IMG/VR virus record: IMGVR_UViG_3300032286_000468
Location: 1-56,522 of that record
Direction: 5' to 3' (one strand)
Source of the DNA: a virus
Lineage: Duplodnaviria > Caudoviricetes
DNA: 56,522 nt
The position numbers and the translations under genes are program-made. Under the pieces are notes generated by a model. It made no database searches. It saw only the letters and a list, made by a program, of their open reading frames with translations, and was not told the origin of the DNA. Every line of letters begins with the position of its first letter. Within the stretch, counting starts at the first letter, position 1. Positions 1-9,167 of this stretch are shown piece by piece.

Positions 1-120
1 ACCAAAGAAGTTATTCCAAGATCCAGTGGTATTGCTGTTTCCTGCACATTGACCAAAGAAGTTATTGCTAGATCCAGTGGTAGTAGATTTACCCGCACCA
101 GCACCACCAAAGAAGTTATA
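1..120 (-). repeat. Coding tandem repeat, 51-54 bp period (NNFFGxxAGxxxTTG units)
   Basis: accaaagaagttat occurs at 1, 52 and 106, giving 17-18 aa units typical of beta-solenoid repeats. Confidence 0.75.
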
Positions 121-540
121 AACACCAGAAGTAATAGAAGAACCAGTAGATACATCACCAATTCTAATATTAGTATCAGCAAAACTAATTCCAGTGGTTC
201 CTGCGATTGAGATTCTTGTGGTTGGTATTGTAGATCCTATGCCAACATTGCCAGTTGAAGGATTGAATACAAGACCTGTAATAGTTACACCAAGTCCAGT
301 TGTAGATCCAGTTCCAGTTACATAAGTTAAATATTGTGCTTGGTTTGTTGTGTTTGTGGAGATTGATACACCACCACTAATTCCAGTAAGTTGAGAACCA
401 TCACCTCTAAATGAAGTTGCTGTAATAATACCAGTAACTTGAATACCAGAAGAAGTTGCTGTTACGGCAGAACCAACAACAACACTTGTATCAATCGTTG
501 CGTTTCCGTAAATTCTTGTACCCGACTTAAGTTTTGCCAT
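1..540 (-). CDS. Tail-fibre/adhesin-like protein, N-terminal part only (runs off the left edge)
   Basis: Not in the ORF track. ATG at 540, open to position 1: MAKLKSGTRIYGNATIDTSVVVG...FRGDGSQLTGI...GLVFNPSTGNVGIGST...YNFFGGAGAGKSTTTGSSNNFFGQCAGNSNTTGSWNNFFG. Contains fibre-type GDGSxLTG and VGIGxT motifs. Confidence 0.75.
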   Translation of the reverse strand, partial: MAKLKSGTRIYGNATIDTSVVVGSAVTATSSGIQVTGIITATSFRGDGSQLTGISGGVSISTNTTNQAQYLTYVTGTGSTTGLGVTITGLVFNPSTGNVGIGSTIPTTRISIAGTTGISFADTNIRIGDVSTGSSITSGVYNFFGGAGAGKSTTTGSSNNFFGQCAGNSNTTGSWNNFFG

Positions 541-543
541 CTC

Positions 544-3500
544 TTATGCTTGTGCCTCCGTCCAGGATAAACGACCAAATACACTACAAGATTGTGCTGT
601 AAGATTAGTAACTACAATAGTTAATGTATCTGGACCATCAGGATAAATTTGAGTATTAGCAGTAGTTCCTCCACCACCAAGAATTGAATTACCAAGGTCC
701 CTAACTTGTGAAAGGTCAATTGAGTTTGCACCAGAACCCACGAAGAAACCAGCAGTAACCTCACCACCACTTACAGTTGTAGTAGTAATACCAGCATAAT
801 CTGCAATTTGTGCAAGAGATGAATTAATACGACCACTAATATTACCAACAGCATTTGTCCAAGTTGTTGCACTACTTGGAGTTGAATTCAAGAATGCTTG
901 TACAAGTAAGTTTGCATTACCTGAAACAGGAATTGCAGCAACATCAAGTGCTCTAAGTGTTAATTGCATTCTATTAATTAATTCTCTTGAACCAAATCCT
1001 GCAGAAATACCATTATCAACAGAAGGTGCCACACGAATAGAGAAAAGTGCTCGGGTTGAACTTGCTCCAATAGCAACTGGGTTAGACTGACCATAAACAA
1101 AGACCAAAGATTTATCATCATCAAATCTACCATCCATAATCACACTAGTGCCCCAGTGAGAAATAGAAGGTCCATAAGTCGGGAATGCAAGTTCAACAGC
1201 AACAGGGTCAGTTGGAGAATATGTAAATGCTACTCCAACTGGTGAACCCATTGGAACTGCTGCCACTGTTGGGTTTGCTGCGGTTGCTGCCTGACTTAAT
1301 GTAATAGTTCCAGAACCAATAGCACTAATATAAGTACCCTCAGGGAAACTTGTGTTTCCGGCACCTATAATTCTTTGCCCAACTTGTAGGTTCGTTGTAG
1401 TTGCAGTTGCCACATTTGAACCTGATGCAATATTGGTAAGAGAAAGAGAAGCATTACCAGATTTTCCTCTGGTCAATCCAGTAAATGCAGTTGTACCAAT
1501 ACCAGCATAATTCACATATTCATAAGTTTCTGCATTTCTAATCAGTAATGTTCCAGCAGGTGGGAATCCTGCAGTACTTGCTACACCAACAGTAGTATCA
1601 GATGCTCCTAAATTGGTATTAATAAAAGTTGTTGGGGGTCTACTTTCACTTTCATATCGTGCTGGTAAGTTTCCAGAACGCATATATGCTTCTGTATTCA
1701 CATTATTGTTTACAACTTTATGAACATAGAATACATTACCATCTGGACCTCTAAATCCCCAACGAATAAATCCAGCACCATACCAAGAATAGTCCATATA
1801 GAACATCTGCATCTTGGTGAGGTCAATGTTATACCCAGACGGTCCAGTACCATCACACTTATCAATATTCCAAGTTGATTGTGGATATTTTGTATCAATT
1901 GTTTCTGACATAATGACGTATTCTGCCGATGCTCCTCTATATGAAGGAGAAATCGTCAAACTTGTATCACTTGCAATATCAATCACACGATATGATTGCC
2001 CACGAAGAACAACAAAATCTCCAATATTCAGTTGTTTTGCAAATGCAGTTGGAAATGTTGCATTTGTTTGTTGTACTGTATTACTACCATTGGTTACAGT
2101 TACCTTACCTGCAAGTTGGAAAGTAGAACTTCTACGAACAGCAAAGAGTGTTTGTCCATCAAACTCAAAGAAAATACCATTTTGAGAATCAAATACTCCA
2201 AGACGATTGGAACATCCATACCAACTCGTAACATTGCAACTATAATTACCAGATGCTGTTGTGGATGTAAGGCCTGCTAATGCAGTCACTTGGAAAGTAT
2301 TGTATCCAGTTACTGAAGTTACACTATAAGTTTGATTATATCCAGTTTCATTTGCTCCAATAATTGTGATTTGAGTTCCTGGAGTTGCTGCCTGAATGTT
2401 GTGCTGTTCTTTGGTTTGAACCGTAATTGTGCTTCCAATACTAATTCCGGAAGCAGTTAGTGAATCAATTTGTAAATTTGGTTTCAGAATTGTACCAGAA
2501 CTGACTTGAATACCTTTACCAGATTGATAACGGAAATATCTTCTTGTTTGACGAGTTGCTGCCTGAAAATTAGAAGTTGCATTACTTGAAAAAATTACAC
2601 CACCATCAAAGGGTCTATGTAAGAATTGCCCCTGTGGTCTTACATAAACTAAACCACCACTTGGAGGTCCTCCTGGTACGTTACTTGCATAATATGTAAA
2701 GGTTCTTGAACTTGTAATACCGGCAACAAAGAAAGAACCATTTGTGACATTTACATTTGAACCAACTATTGCGACTTCATTTCCAATTGCAAGTCCATGA
2801 GGAACTGTTGTAGTTACAGGAATTGCAGTAGTTCCAGTATAAGTATATGTTGGAGTTCCACCAATCGCAACACCAGAATAAACTGTTCCACTAAAAATAG
2901 CAGTTTTATTGGGGTCAAAAATTGAAGTAACTAATCCAGTATTGGTTGCTCTTGCAGTATATGTAAAGTTTGTATTACCAGCACCAACACTTTCTACAAT
3001 AAAGTTTCCATTTGCAATATTTAAATAAGTATCTTGAACTGTAATTGCAGTTCCAATTCCAGGAACTGTTGATGTTCCACTCGCACCAACTAAAACTGTG
3101 ACAGTTCTAGAGCTAGTTGGTAGTGTCATCGTACCAATTCCAGTTATACCAACAGAAGAAGCAAAGGAAAATGGACGATTGTTAATTGTTGCAAGATTTT
3201 CCCACTTGGAGATTTGAGTACCATATTCAAAGTCAGTATCAATCAGTGCTTGTGGTTGTGAGGTACGAAGTTTATTTACTGGGTCTTGAAATAATTCAGA
3301 AGGTGTAAACTTCTCATCATACTCATCTACGGTGATTTGAAGTTTATCGGTACTACTCATTCCAGCAGTACTATAATTCAATACGACTGTGGTTGTATTC
3401 GTACCACCAGAAGTTGAAACGGTATAAGAAGTTGCTTTTAAGTTTGAATCGGAAAAATTATAAATTACAGTGTTCGTAGTTACATTCGTAATCAGTATTA

Positions 3501-3591
3501 ATCGTTCCCTTTGTATAGCACGGGGAATGACGATAGTATTTGTGGAAGGAGTGAATGTATATCCAGTTTCCAGTATTGCCTTTCTTGCCAT
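544..3591 (-). CDS. Large virion structural protein, FRYQxG/WYGA family paralog A (1015 aa)
   Basis: Thr/Gly/Ser-rich. Motifs RRYFRYQSGK and MFYMDYSWYGAG plus C-terminal LSWTEAQ; HGLxxGxxVxI beta modules; late promoter upstream. Confidence 0.65.
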   Translation of the reverse strand: MARKAILETGYTFTPSTNTIVIPRAIQRERLILITNVTTNTVIYNFSDSNLKATSYTVSTSGGTNTTTVVLNYSTAGMSSTDKLQITVDEYDEKFTPSELFQDPVNKLRTSQPQALIDTDFEYGTQISKWENLATINNRPFSFASSVGITGIGTMTLPTSSRTVTVLVGASGTSTVPGIGTAITVQDTYLNIANGNFIVESVGAGNTNFTYTARATNTGLVTSIFDPNKTAIFSGTVYSGVAIGGTPTYTYTGTTAIPVTTTVPHGLAIGNEVAIVGSNVNVTNGSFFVAGITSSRTFTYYASNVPGGPPSGGLVYVRPQGQFLHRPFDGGVIFSSNATSNFQAATRQTRRYFRYQSGKGIQVSSGTILKPNLQIDSLTASGISIGSTITVQTKEQHNIQAATPGTQITIIGANETGYNQTYSVTSVTGYNTFQVTALAGLTSTTASGNYSCNVTSWYGCSNRLGVFDSQNGIFFEFDGQTLFAVRRSSTFQLAGKVTVTNGSNTVQQTNATFPTAFAKQLNIGDFVVLRGQSYRVIDIASDTSLTISPSYRGASAEYVIMSETIDTKYPQSTWNIDKCDGTGPSGYNIDLTKMQMFYMDYSWYGAGFIRWGFRGPDGNVFYVHKVVNNNVNTEAYMRSGNLPARYESESRPPTTFINTNLGASDTTVGVASTAGFPPAGTLLIRNAETYEYVNYAGIGTTAFTGLTRGKSGNASLSLTNIASGSNVATATTTNLQVGQRIIGAGNTSFPEGTYISAIGSGTITLSQAATAANPTVAAVPMGSPVGVAFTYSPTDPVAVELAFPTYGPSISHWGTSVIMDGRFDDDKSLVFVYGQSNPVAIGASSTRALFSIRVAPSVDNGISAGFGSRELINRMQLTLRALDVAAIPVSGNANLLVQAFLNSTPSSATTWTNAVGNISGRINSSLAQIADYAGITTTTVSGGEVTAGFFVGSGANSIDLSQVRDLGNSILGGGGTTANTQIYPDGPDTLTIVVTNLTAQSCSVFGRLSWTEAQA

Positions 3592-3612
3592 AATTAATGA
3601 GTACCTTTGATA

Positions 3613-3621
3613 TATTTATTA
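3613..3621 (-). promoter_or_regulatory. T4-like late promoter TAATAAATA
   Basis: Intergenic, about 20 bp upstream of the ATG at 3591; matches the gp55-dependent TAAATA core. Confidence 0.65.
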
Positions 3622-3643
3622 GAATAAAAGTAGAAGTTCATAA

Positions 3644-4609
3644 TTAATATCCAAATCTTGTTTTATGTCTTGTATGTTCTATTTGTATTTCTGCTAAAGA
3701 TAATTCTCTATTCCAAACTTGAACAAATCCAACATCAGCATCAACTTGTTCAGATGAAGTAGTTGCATTACTAAATCTACCAAATAATCTCAAACCATTA
3801 AATCCACCATTGGTAGAACCTGTACCATAGGTGCCAGTAGGTGCTGTGCTTGTTGCTACATAACTTTTTGCTTTAGTTGCTTCGGCAATACCAGTTGAAG
3901 TGAACCATATAAAATGCCAAGCAGTATCTGCGGCATCAGTGTTTGAACCAGTAAAAGCACCACCAAACGCAATATTCATACGAGCAGCAGGAGCATCCCA
4001 TAATCCCATAAGAAAATCTGGACTTGCTGTATTCGCATTTAGCAATCTACCTGCCGTTACTCCATTCCACTTGTATGCCATTCCTACTGTAAATGCTTGT
4101 GTGCCACTACTATAATCTGGACCAAATGTAAGAAAATTAGTTGTGCTGGCAGTGGTTACTCTAAACACTCCACCATTCGCACTGTTCCAACTAATATTTG
4201 AAGTAGGATTGACTACATTGATGGCATAATTTCCTGAACCAGATATTGTACTGCCATTCGCAGGCATAGCAGAATAATTTGCCGCATTTAAATCCAAAAC
4301 CAATCCATCACTAGTATAAAAATTAGTTATTTCATCAATCTCATTATAAACAATTACGGATTTATCAGTATTTTGTCTCATATATCTTCCTTGTCCTGCA
4401 CCAAATAGAGTTCCTCCAAACTCATCATATACTAGGTCATAAGGAGCAAAGACATTTGCTGTCATTGTAGTTGCGATTCCTACATTTTCAGAAAACTCCG
4501 AAGCATAATAAGTTCCAAGTCCAGTAATGCTTGGATTATTCGCAGTAGTCTCATCAAACTCATATGCGAGCATTGATGCATATTGGTCTAATCTTCCTAC
4601 AACACCCAT
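3644..4609 (-). CDS. LamG/concanavalin-A-like lectin domain protein (321 aa)
   Basis: GLVLDLNAANY...WHFIWFT...VGFVQVWNRELSLAEI...RFGY is the pattern of phage LamG_3 proteins. Confidence 0.7.
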   Translation of the reverse strand: MGVVGRLDQYASMLAYEFDETTANNPSITGLGTYYASEFSENVGIATTMTANVFAPYDLVYDEFGGTLFGAGQGRYMRQNTDKSVIVYNEIDEITNFYTSDGLVLDLNAANYSAMPANGSTISGSGNYAINVVNPTSNISWNSANGGVFRVTTASTTNFLTFGPDYSSGTQAFTVGMAYKWNGVTAGRLLNANTASPDFLMGLWDAPAARMNIAFGGAFTGSNTDAADTAWHFIWFTSTGIAEATKAKSYVATSTAPTGTYGTGSTNGGFNGLRLFGRFSNATTSSEQVDADVGFVQVWNRELSLAEIQIEHTRHKTRFGY

Positions 4610-4613
4610 AATC

Positions 4614-7600
4614 TTATCCTGCTACAAAGTCCAAACTATTTGTGGTTGAGTTGTACTGTATATAGAAGTTTGTAGTTCCTGCAGTTCCACCAAATCTCAT
4701 TTTGTTTGTGGAGGTTACCCTTGCGTCTCCTGCAATGTCTGCGGTGAATGCAGGACTTGCAGTTCCAATCCCAACCAAACCACCAGAAGTTGTGGTAATT
4801 ATTGTGCCACCAGTTCCTACATTAAGTCTTGCGGTTGTTGTAATGCCAGTAATATTAGTATCGCCAACCACAGAAAGTGTTGATGTTGGATTTGTGGTTC
4901 CTATACCAACCAATCCAGTATCAGTAACTCTAACTCTTTCTAAGGCATTAGTTACAAGAAGTAGTGGAGTTGTTCCGGCAGTCAGTCCAACAACACCAGC
5001 ATAAGCAGGGAAACCACTTAAGTTTTGACCGGAACCAGAATTACTCAATACACCAGTCCACATATTACTGGAACCACTATTTGAATAGATAATACCTGCT
5101 GGTCTTGTTGTAGTAGTTGGAGCGATTCTTATCATCGCTGCAGTAGAACTAGTAGAAGGCAATCTCAAATCAATTGGATATGTAGTATTGGCAGTAGCAC
5201 CAATACTAAGTGCAACAGCACCATCGCCAGCAATATAAACACTACCAGTAACTTGAAGTGGTTGGTTTGCTGTTCCTGTTGAAGTTCCAGTCCCTACTAA
5301 TACTGGTCCATTCGTAAATGTGGAAATTCCAGTGACTTGGAGTTGTGTAATGGAACCAATACCACCTATAACTGATGTAGAAACACCACTAGATGTAGCA
5401 TAAGTTGCTATTCCACTAGATGTAGCATAGGTAGCAATACCTGCTGTTGATGCATAACTAGCACTAGAAGCATTACCACTAAAACTTGATGCGGTTACGA
5501 CTCCAGTGAAAGTTGCTGTAGTTCCAAATAATGATGCAGTATGAGTTGTTATACCAGAGAATGTAGAAACACCACTGACAGTAATATTTCTTGCTTTAAT
5601 ATCTGTTGCATCTAAGTAAGTATCATAAACAGTAAATCCAGCGCCAACTGTCAATCTGCTTCCATTTTGAACGGTTGAGGTATTACCAATAGAAACTGCA
5701 TAGTTAGAAACCCAAGCATCAGTACCCATACCTGAGTAACCAGATATGTTGGAATTACCAATCCACATCAATTGCTTATATGTGGTTGGAAGACTATTTG
5801 CTACTCCAATTGGTAAATTAAGTATTGGACTTCCTACTGTGGAAGCAATTGCAACACCACCGTGAGTTGCAGTTAAATCCGTAGAAACATCATTATTATT
5901 TGCATCAGTTGTAATGCCAAGTACAATATCTCTATCCTTAATTTGTAATGTAGCGGCATTTAAGATGACCGAAGTACCACCGATACTTAAATTACCAGTT
6001 ACATATAAGTTTTGTCCTACTGTAAAATCACCGGAAGATGCTGTAATTCTTGCTGATGGAACTATACCTGATGATAGATTTGAAGCATTTGTATAATAAG
6101 TATCAGGTTGTCCGTTTAAATAATTGGCATTTAAGTTTGTGACTAAGGCAGTAGAACCAACTGAAATTGTACTTGTAAAATTACCGCTACCAACAACATG
6201 AAGTTTTGATGTTGGATTTGTGGTTCCAATACCGACAGAACCAATACCAGTCACAACAAAGGGACTACTATCAGGATTAGTAGAATCTTCAACTACCAGA
6301 GCATTACCAGTTCCAAGTTGAGTAATGCGAACCATATCACTTGATGTGGTTCCAGAGAACAATCCAGCAATAGAAGTTGCTGTTGGAACTACATTTAAAG
6401 TTGCTCCTGGATTTGTCGTGTTTATACCAACACTACCAGATACAAGAGACATTGTGTGAACGGAACCAGAAGTCAAAGTATTATTCTGTGTTCCGTCACT
6501 TACATAAAAGTCTATTGCATTATTTGAGTTTGCGGAATTATGTCTTGTTTGAATAAAATGTTGATAGTTTGTGGTTCCGTCATATCCAAACGCAATCTGT
6601 GCTCCATTATTAAATGTTGAGGCACTATTACCAGACAAAAGTGCTAAGATCGGAGTAGTGTCACTTTGAGTTCCATAAACTGTCAGTCTGTTTAATGAAT
6701 TTGTGGTTCCAATACCAACACCAGTAGAATTGATTCTTACTACTTCAGCACCATTACCACCTAATGCTAATTGAGTAGTAGTTCCTCCTTTTATTGTAGA
6801 GACAAGATTAGAATGTGTAATTTGTATATCGCCTTGAGATGCAGTAGAAAATCTTACATCTCCTCCAATAACTTCAAGTTTATTTGATGTATTTGTAATA
6901 CCAATACCAAGATTACCAGAAACATAAGCACCACCAGTAACTTGAAGTGGTTGTGATGCAGTTCCTGTTGCTGTTGTGGTTCCTACTAATAAGTTAGTTC
7001 CAGAGTTAATAACAACAGTACCAACACCAGCAGTTGGTCCAATATTGATTTGAGTAAAGGAACCAGAAGCACCACCAGTACCAAAGTTGATTGTCTTGGT
7101 TGTTCCTACACCAGAAACACCTGCCTGAATATTGGTGATTTGAGATGTTGTTGCTCTTCCTAATGTAATCGCACTAGTTTGTGAGGTTCCTCCAAGTATA
7201 ATATTTCCTGAGACTTGTGAGGTTCCTAGGTTAATATTGGATGCGGTTGCATCAAAAGTTACTGCAGCATTTCCAGTTAAAGTGCTAGTTACTGCTAAAG
7301 TTCCAGCAACAGTTGCATTACTATCAACTTGAAGTGTTCCTTGTGTGAGAATATTACCATCAATATGAGTATTTCCTTTTACATATAACTTATCCTTTAC
7401 TCTGGTTTCATTATTCAGGACAATTGAAGACGCACTGGAAATACCACTAGAAGCAATCTCAAGTGCTGGTGTATTTGTAGAATATTGATATATTGTATCA
7501 TTACCAGAACCAACAATATAAGCAACATTCTGTTCTGGTATGACTTGAAGTCCTGTTACTACTGTTTCATTAAATCCAATATAAACATCATCATAAAATA

Positions 7601-9125
7601 CAGCAGTAGAAATATCCCAAGCAGTTCCTAAACGGAATTCATAAATCCTATCATTTGCACTTCCAGCAATCCATAATACAGTTCCTGTGGAATTGAATGA
7701 AATGTCAATTGGTGCAGTTTCTAATATAAGTGGATTTGTTCCTAAAACCAGAGTTTTACTATCATAAGTTACACCAGAAGCAATACTGTATGGTGTGGAA
7801 AGTGAATATTGATAAACTGCATCACCTGTGGAACCAACCACATACATCTTGGAACCACTATTTCCAAAAGCAACTCCTTGTGGTGCAGTATCTTGTGTTG
7901 TTACATAAAAACTCGTTGTGTATCCAGCACTAGAAACCGTCCAAGCAGTTGATAATGAATATTCATGAACATACTCACCACCAATAACCAACCCTGATTG
8001 GGCAGCAACATTTCCACTGATAAACATTTTTGTTCCAGTTGGGTTGAAGTCAATTCCAAGTGGACCAGTTTCTTGTGTTGCAACAGAGAATACTCCAACA
8101 GAGGCACCAGCAGTGCTTACATCATAAGGTGTGGAAAGTGTATATTGATTAACATCATTTCCAGTACCACCAACCATAAACATTGCAGTTCCTGCTGCAC
8201 CAATATAAATTGCTTGTGGGGAACTATCATCAGCAGTTATTGATTTTGATTTATTAGTATAATACCAAGATGGAATATCAGTTGTTGAGAATACTGAATT
8301 AATTCCAACTGTTCCTACACCAACGGTAATTGCACCACGAACATCTAATGCTGTTTGTGGACTTATAGTTCCAATTCCAACATTATCACTTTCATTAATA
8401 ATGAATCTTGGAGTTGCGGTTGAACTATCAAATACTGTGGTTCCAGTTGGTGCAGTTGTTGTAGATGTTGGATTAGATACAACAATTGATTCAATACTAT
8501 TTGGAATATTATAAACTAACTTCGTAAATTGTGATGCTTGATGCTGTGCCCAGATTTCTACATTACTATTTGTAGAAATACCAATAATTCTTACATCACT
8601 TCTAACAGTACCATAAGAAACATACTTATAGTTAAATGAACCTCTGTTTGAGAAAGTGATTTCAAATGGAGTTTGGTTGCCATTCGTCCAAGCACCCAAT
8701 ACACCATTAATAATCAAATGATCAAATGTACTTCCTCCACCACCAGGAGGAAGAGTTGCTAATTTATAATATGTTGTACTTGCAGGAGAACTTACTCTCC
8801 ACCCATTTCCAAAAAGAGAATTTGTAAAGTCCGTTGCAATTCCAGTTCCTGGATCTTTACTTGCATTTAAGACTTGTGCTGTAACAATTCCAGTAGTATA
8901 AATGTCTCCACTTACCCAAAGTTTACTGGTTGGGTTGGTGGAACCAATACCCAAGTTTCCACCAATATATGCTCCATTGGTTCCAGTAACTTGAAGTGTT
9001 TGCGATACAGTACCTGTTGAAGTTCCCCCACCTATAATAACTGGACCAGCAAATAATGCTGTTCCAATACTACTAATATTTTTACTTTGGTCAACAATGA
9101 TTGTATCTGTAATTTTATAAGACAT
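4614..9125 (-). CDS. Long tail fibre protein (1503 aa) with beta-propeller-like YxLSTxWD repeats
   Basis: Many VGIGTTNP fibre repeats; repeats YTLSTPYD, YSLSTAWT, YSLSTPYS and FRLGTAWD; TATHGGVAIAST domain shared with the two neighbouring fibres. Confidence 0.75.
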   Translation of the reverse strand: MSYKITDTIIVDQSKNISSIGTALFAGPVIIGGGTSTGTVSQTLQVTGTNGAYIGGNLGIGSTNPTSKLWVSGDIYTTGIVTAQVLNASKDPGTGIATDFTNSLFGNGWRVSSPASTTYYKLATLPPGGGGSTFDHLIINGVLGAWTNGNQTPFEITFSNRGSFNYKYVSYGTVRSDVRIIGISTNSNVEIWAQHQASQFTKLVYNIPNSIESIVVSNPTSTTTAPTGTTVFDSSTATPRFIINESDNVGIGTISPQTALDVRGAITVGVGTVGINSVFSTTDIPSWYYTNKSKSITADDSSPQAIYIGAAGTAMFMVGGTGNDVNQYTLSTPYDVSTAGASVGVFSVATQETGPLGIDFNPTGTKMFISGNVAAQSGLVIGGEYVHEYSLSTAWTVSSAGYTTSFYVTTQDTAPQGVAFGNSGSKMYVVGSTGDAVYQYSLSTPYSIASGVTYDSKTLVLGTNPLILETAPIDISFNSTGTVLWIAGSANDRIYEFRLGTAWDISTAVFYDDVYIGFNETVVTGLQVIPEQNVAYIVGSGNDTIYQYSTNTPALEIASSGISSASSIVLNNETRVKDKLYVKGNTHIDGNILTQGTLQVDSNATVAGTLAVTSTLTGNAAVTFDATASNINLGTSQVSGNIILGGTSQTSAITLGRATTSQITNIQAGVSGVGTTKTINFGTGGASGSFTQINIGPTAGVGTVVINSGTNLLVGTTTATGTASQPLQVTGGAYVSGNLGIGITNTSNKLEVIGGDVRFSTASQGDIQITHSNLVSTIKGGTTTQLALGGNGAEVVRINSTGVGIGTTNSLNRLTVYGTQSDTTPILALLSGNSASTFNNGAQIAFGYDGTTNYQHFIQTRHNSANSNNAIDFYVSDGTQNNTLTSGSVHTMSLVSGSVGINTTNPGATLNVVPTATSIAGLFSGTTSSDMVRITQLGTGNALVVEDSTNPDSSPFVVTGIGSVGIGTTNPTSKLHVVGSGNFTSTISVGSTALVTNLNANYLNGQPDTYYTNASNLSSGIVPSARITASSGDFTVGQNLYVTGNLSIGGTSVILNAATLQIKDRDIVLGITTDANNNDVSTDLTATHGGVAIASTVGSPILNLPIGVANSLPTTYKQLMWIGNSNISGYSGMGTDAWVSNYAVSIGNTSTVQNGSRLTVGAGFTVYDTYLDATDIKARNITVSGVSTFSGITTHTASLFGTTATFTGVVTASSFSGNASSASYASTAGIATYATSSGIATYATSSGVSTSVIGGIGSITQLQVTGISTFTNGPVLVGTGTSTGTANQPLQVTGSVYIAGDGAVALSIGATANTTYPIDLRLPSTSSTAAMIRIAPTTTTRPAGIIYSNSGSSNMWTGVLSNSGSGQNLSGFPAYAGVVGLTAGTTPLLLVTNALERVRVTDTGLVGIGTTNPTSTLSVVGDTNITGITTTARLNVGTGGTIITTTSGGLVGIGTASPAFTADIAGDARVTSTNKMRFGGTAGTTNFYIQYNSTTNSLDFVAG
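5386..5474 (-). repeat. 27-bp coding tandem repeat (ASYASTAGIATYATSSGIATYATSSG)
   Basis: ccactagatgtagcata occurs at 5386 and 5413, with degenerate copies following. Confidence 0.75.
6065..6163. repeat. Dispersed direct repeat A, copy 1 (copy 2 at 10792-10890)
   Basis: 99 bp with 2 mismatches by manual alignment; encodes ALVTNLNANYLNGQPDTYYTNASNLSSG. Confidence 0.85.
6901..6992. repeat. Dispersed direct repeat C, copy 1 (copy 2 at 11488-11579)
   Basis: ccaataccaagattaccagaaacataagcaccaccagtaacttgaagt is identical in both copies, and high similarity continues to tcctactaataa. Confidence 0.8.
6994..7112. repeat. Dispersed direct repeat B, copy 1 (copy 2 at 12601-12719)
   Basis: 119 bp with 4 mismatches by manual alignment; encodes GVGTTKTINFGTGGASGSFTQINIGPTAGVGTVxINSGTN. 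Confidence 0.85.
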
Positions 9126-9160
9126 TTACCTCTTATTTCCTACAGAACATTAGTTAGAAT

Positions 9161-9167
9161 TATTTAG
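9161..9167 (-). promoter_or_regulatory. Late promoter CTAAATA overlapping the stop codon of the 638-aa gene
   Basis: About 35 bp upstream of the ATG at 9125. Confidence 0.55.

Noticed and set aside
1-120. CRISPR-like repeat-spacer pattern
   Set aside because: The repeats are in frame (51/54 bp) within an open fibre ORF and encode NNFFG units; no cas genes.
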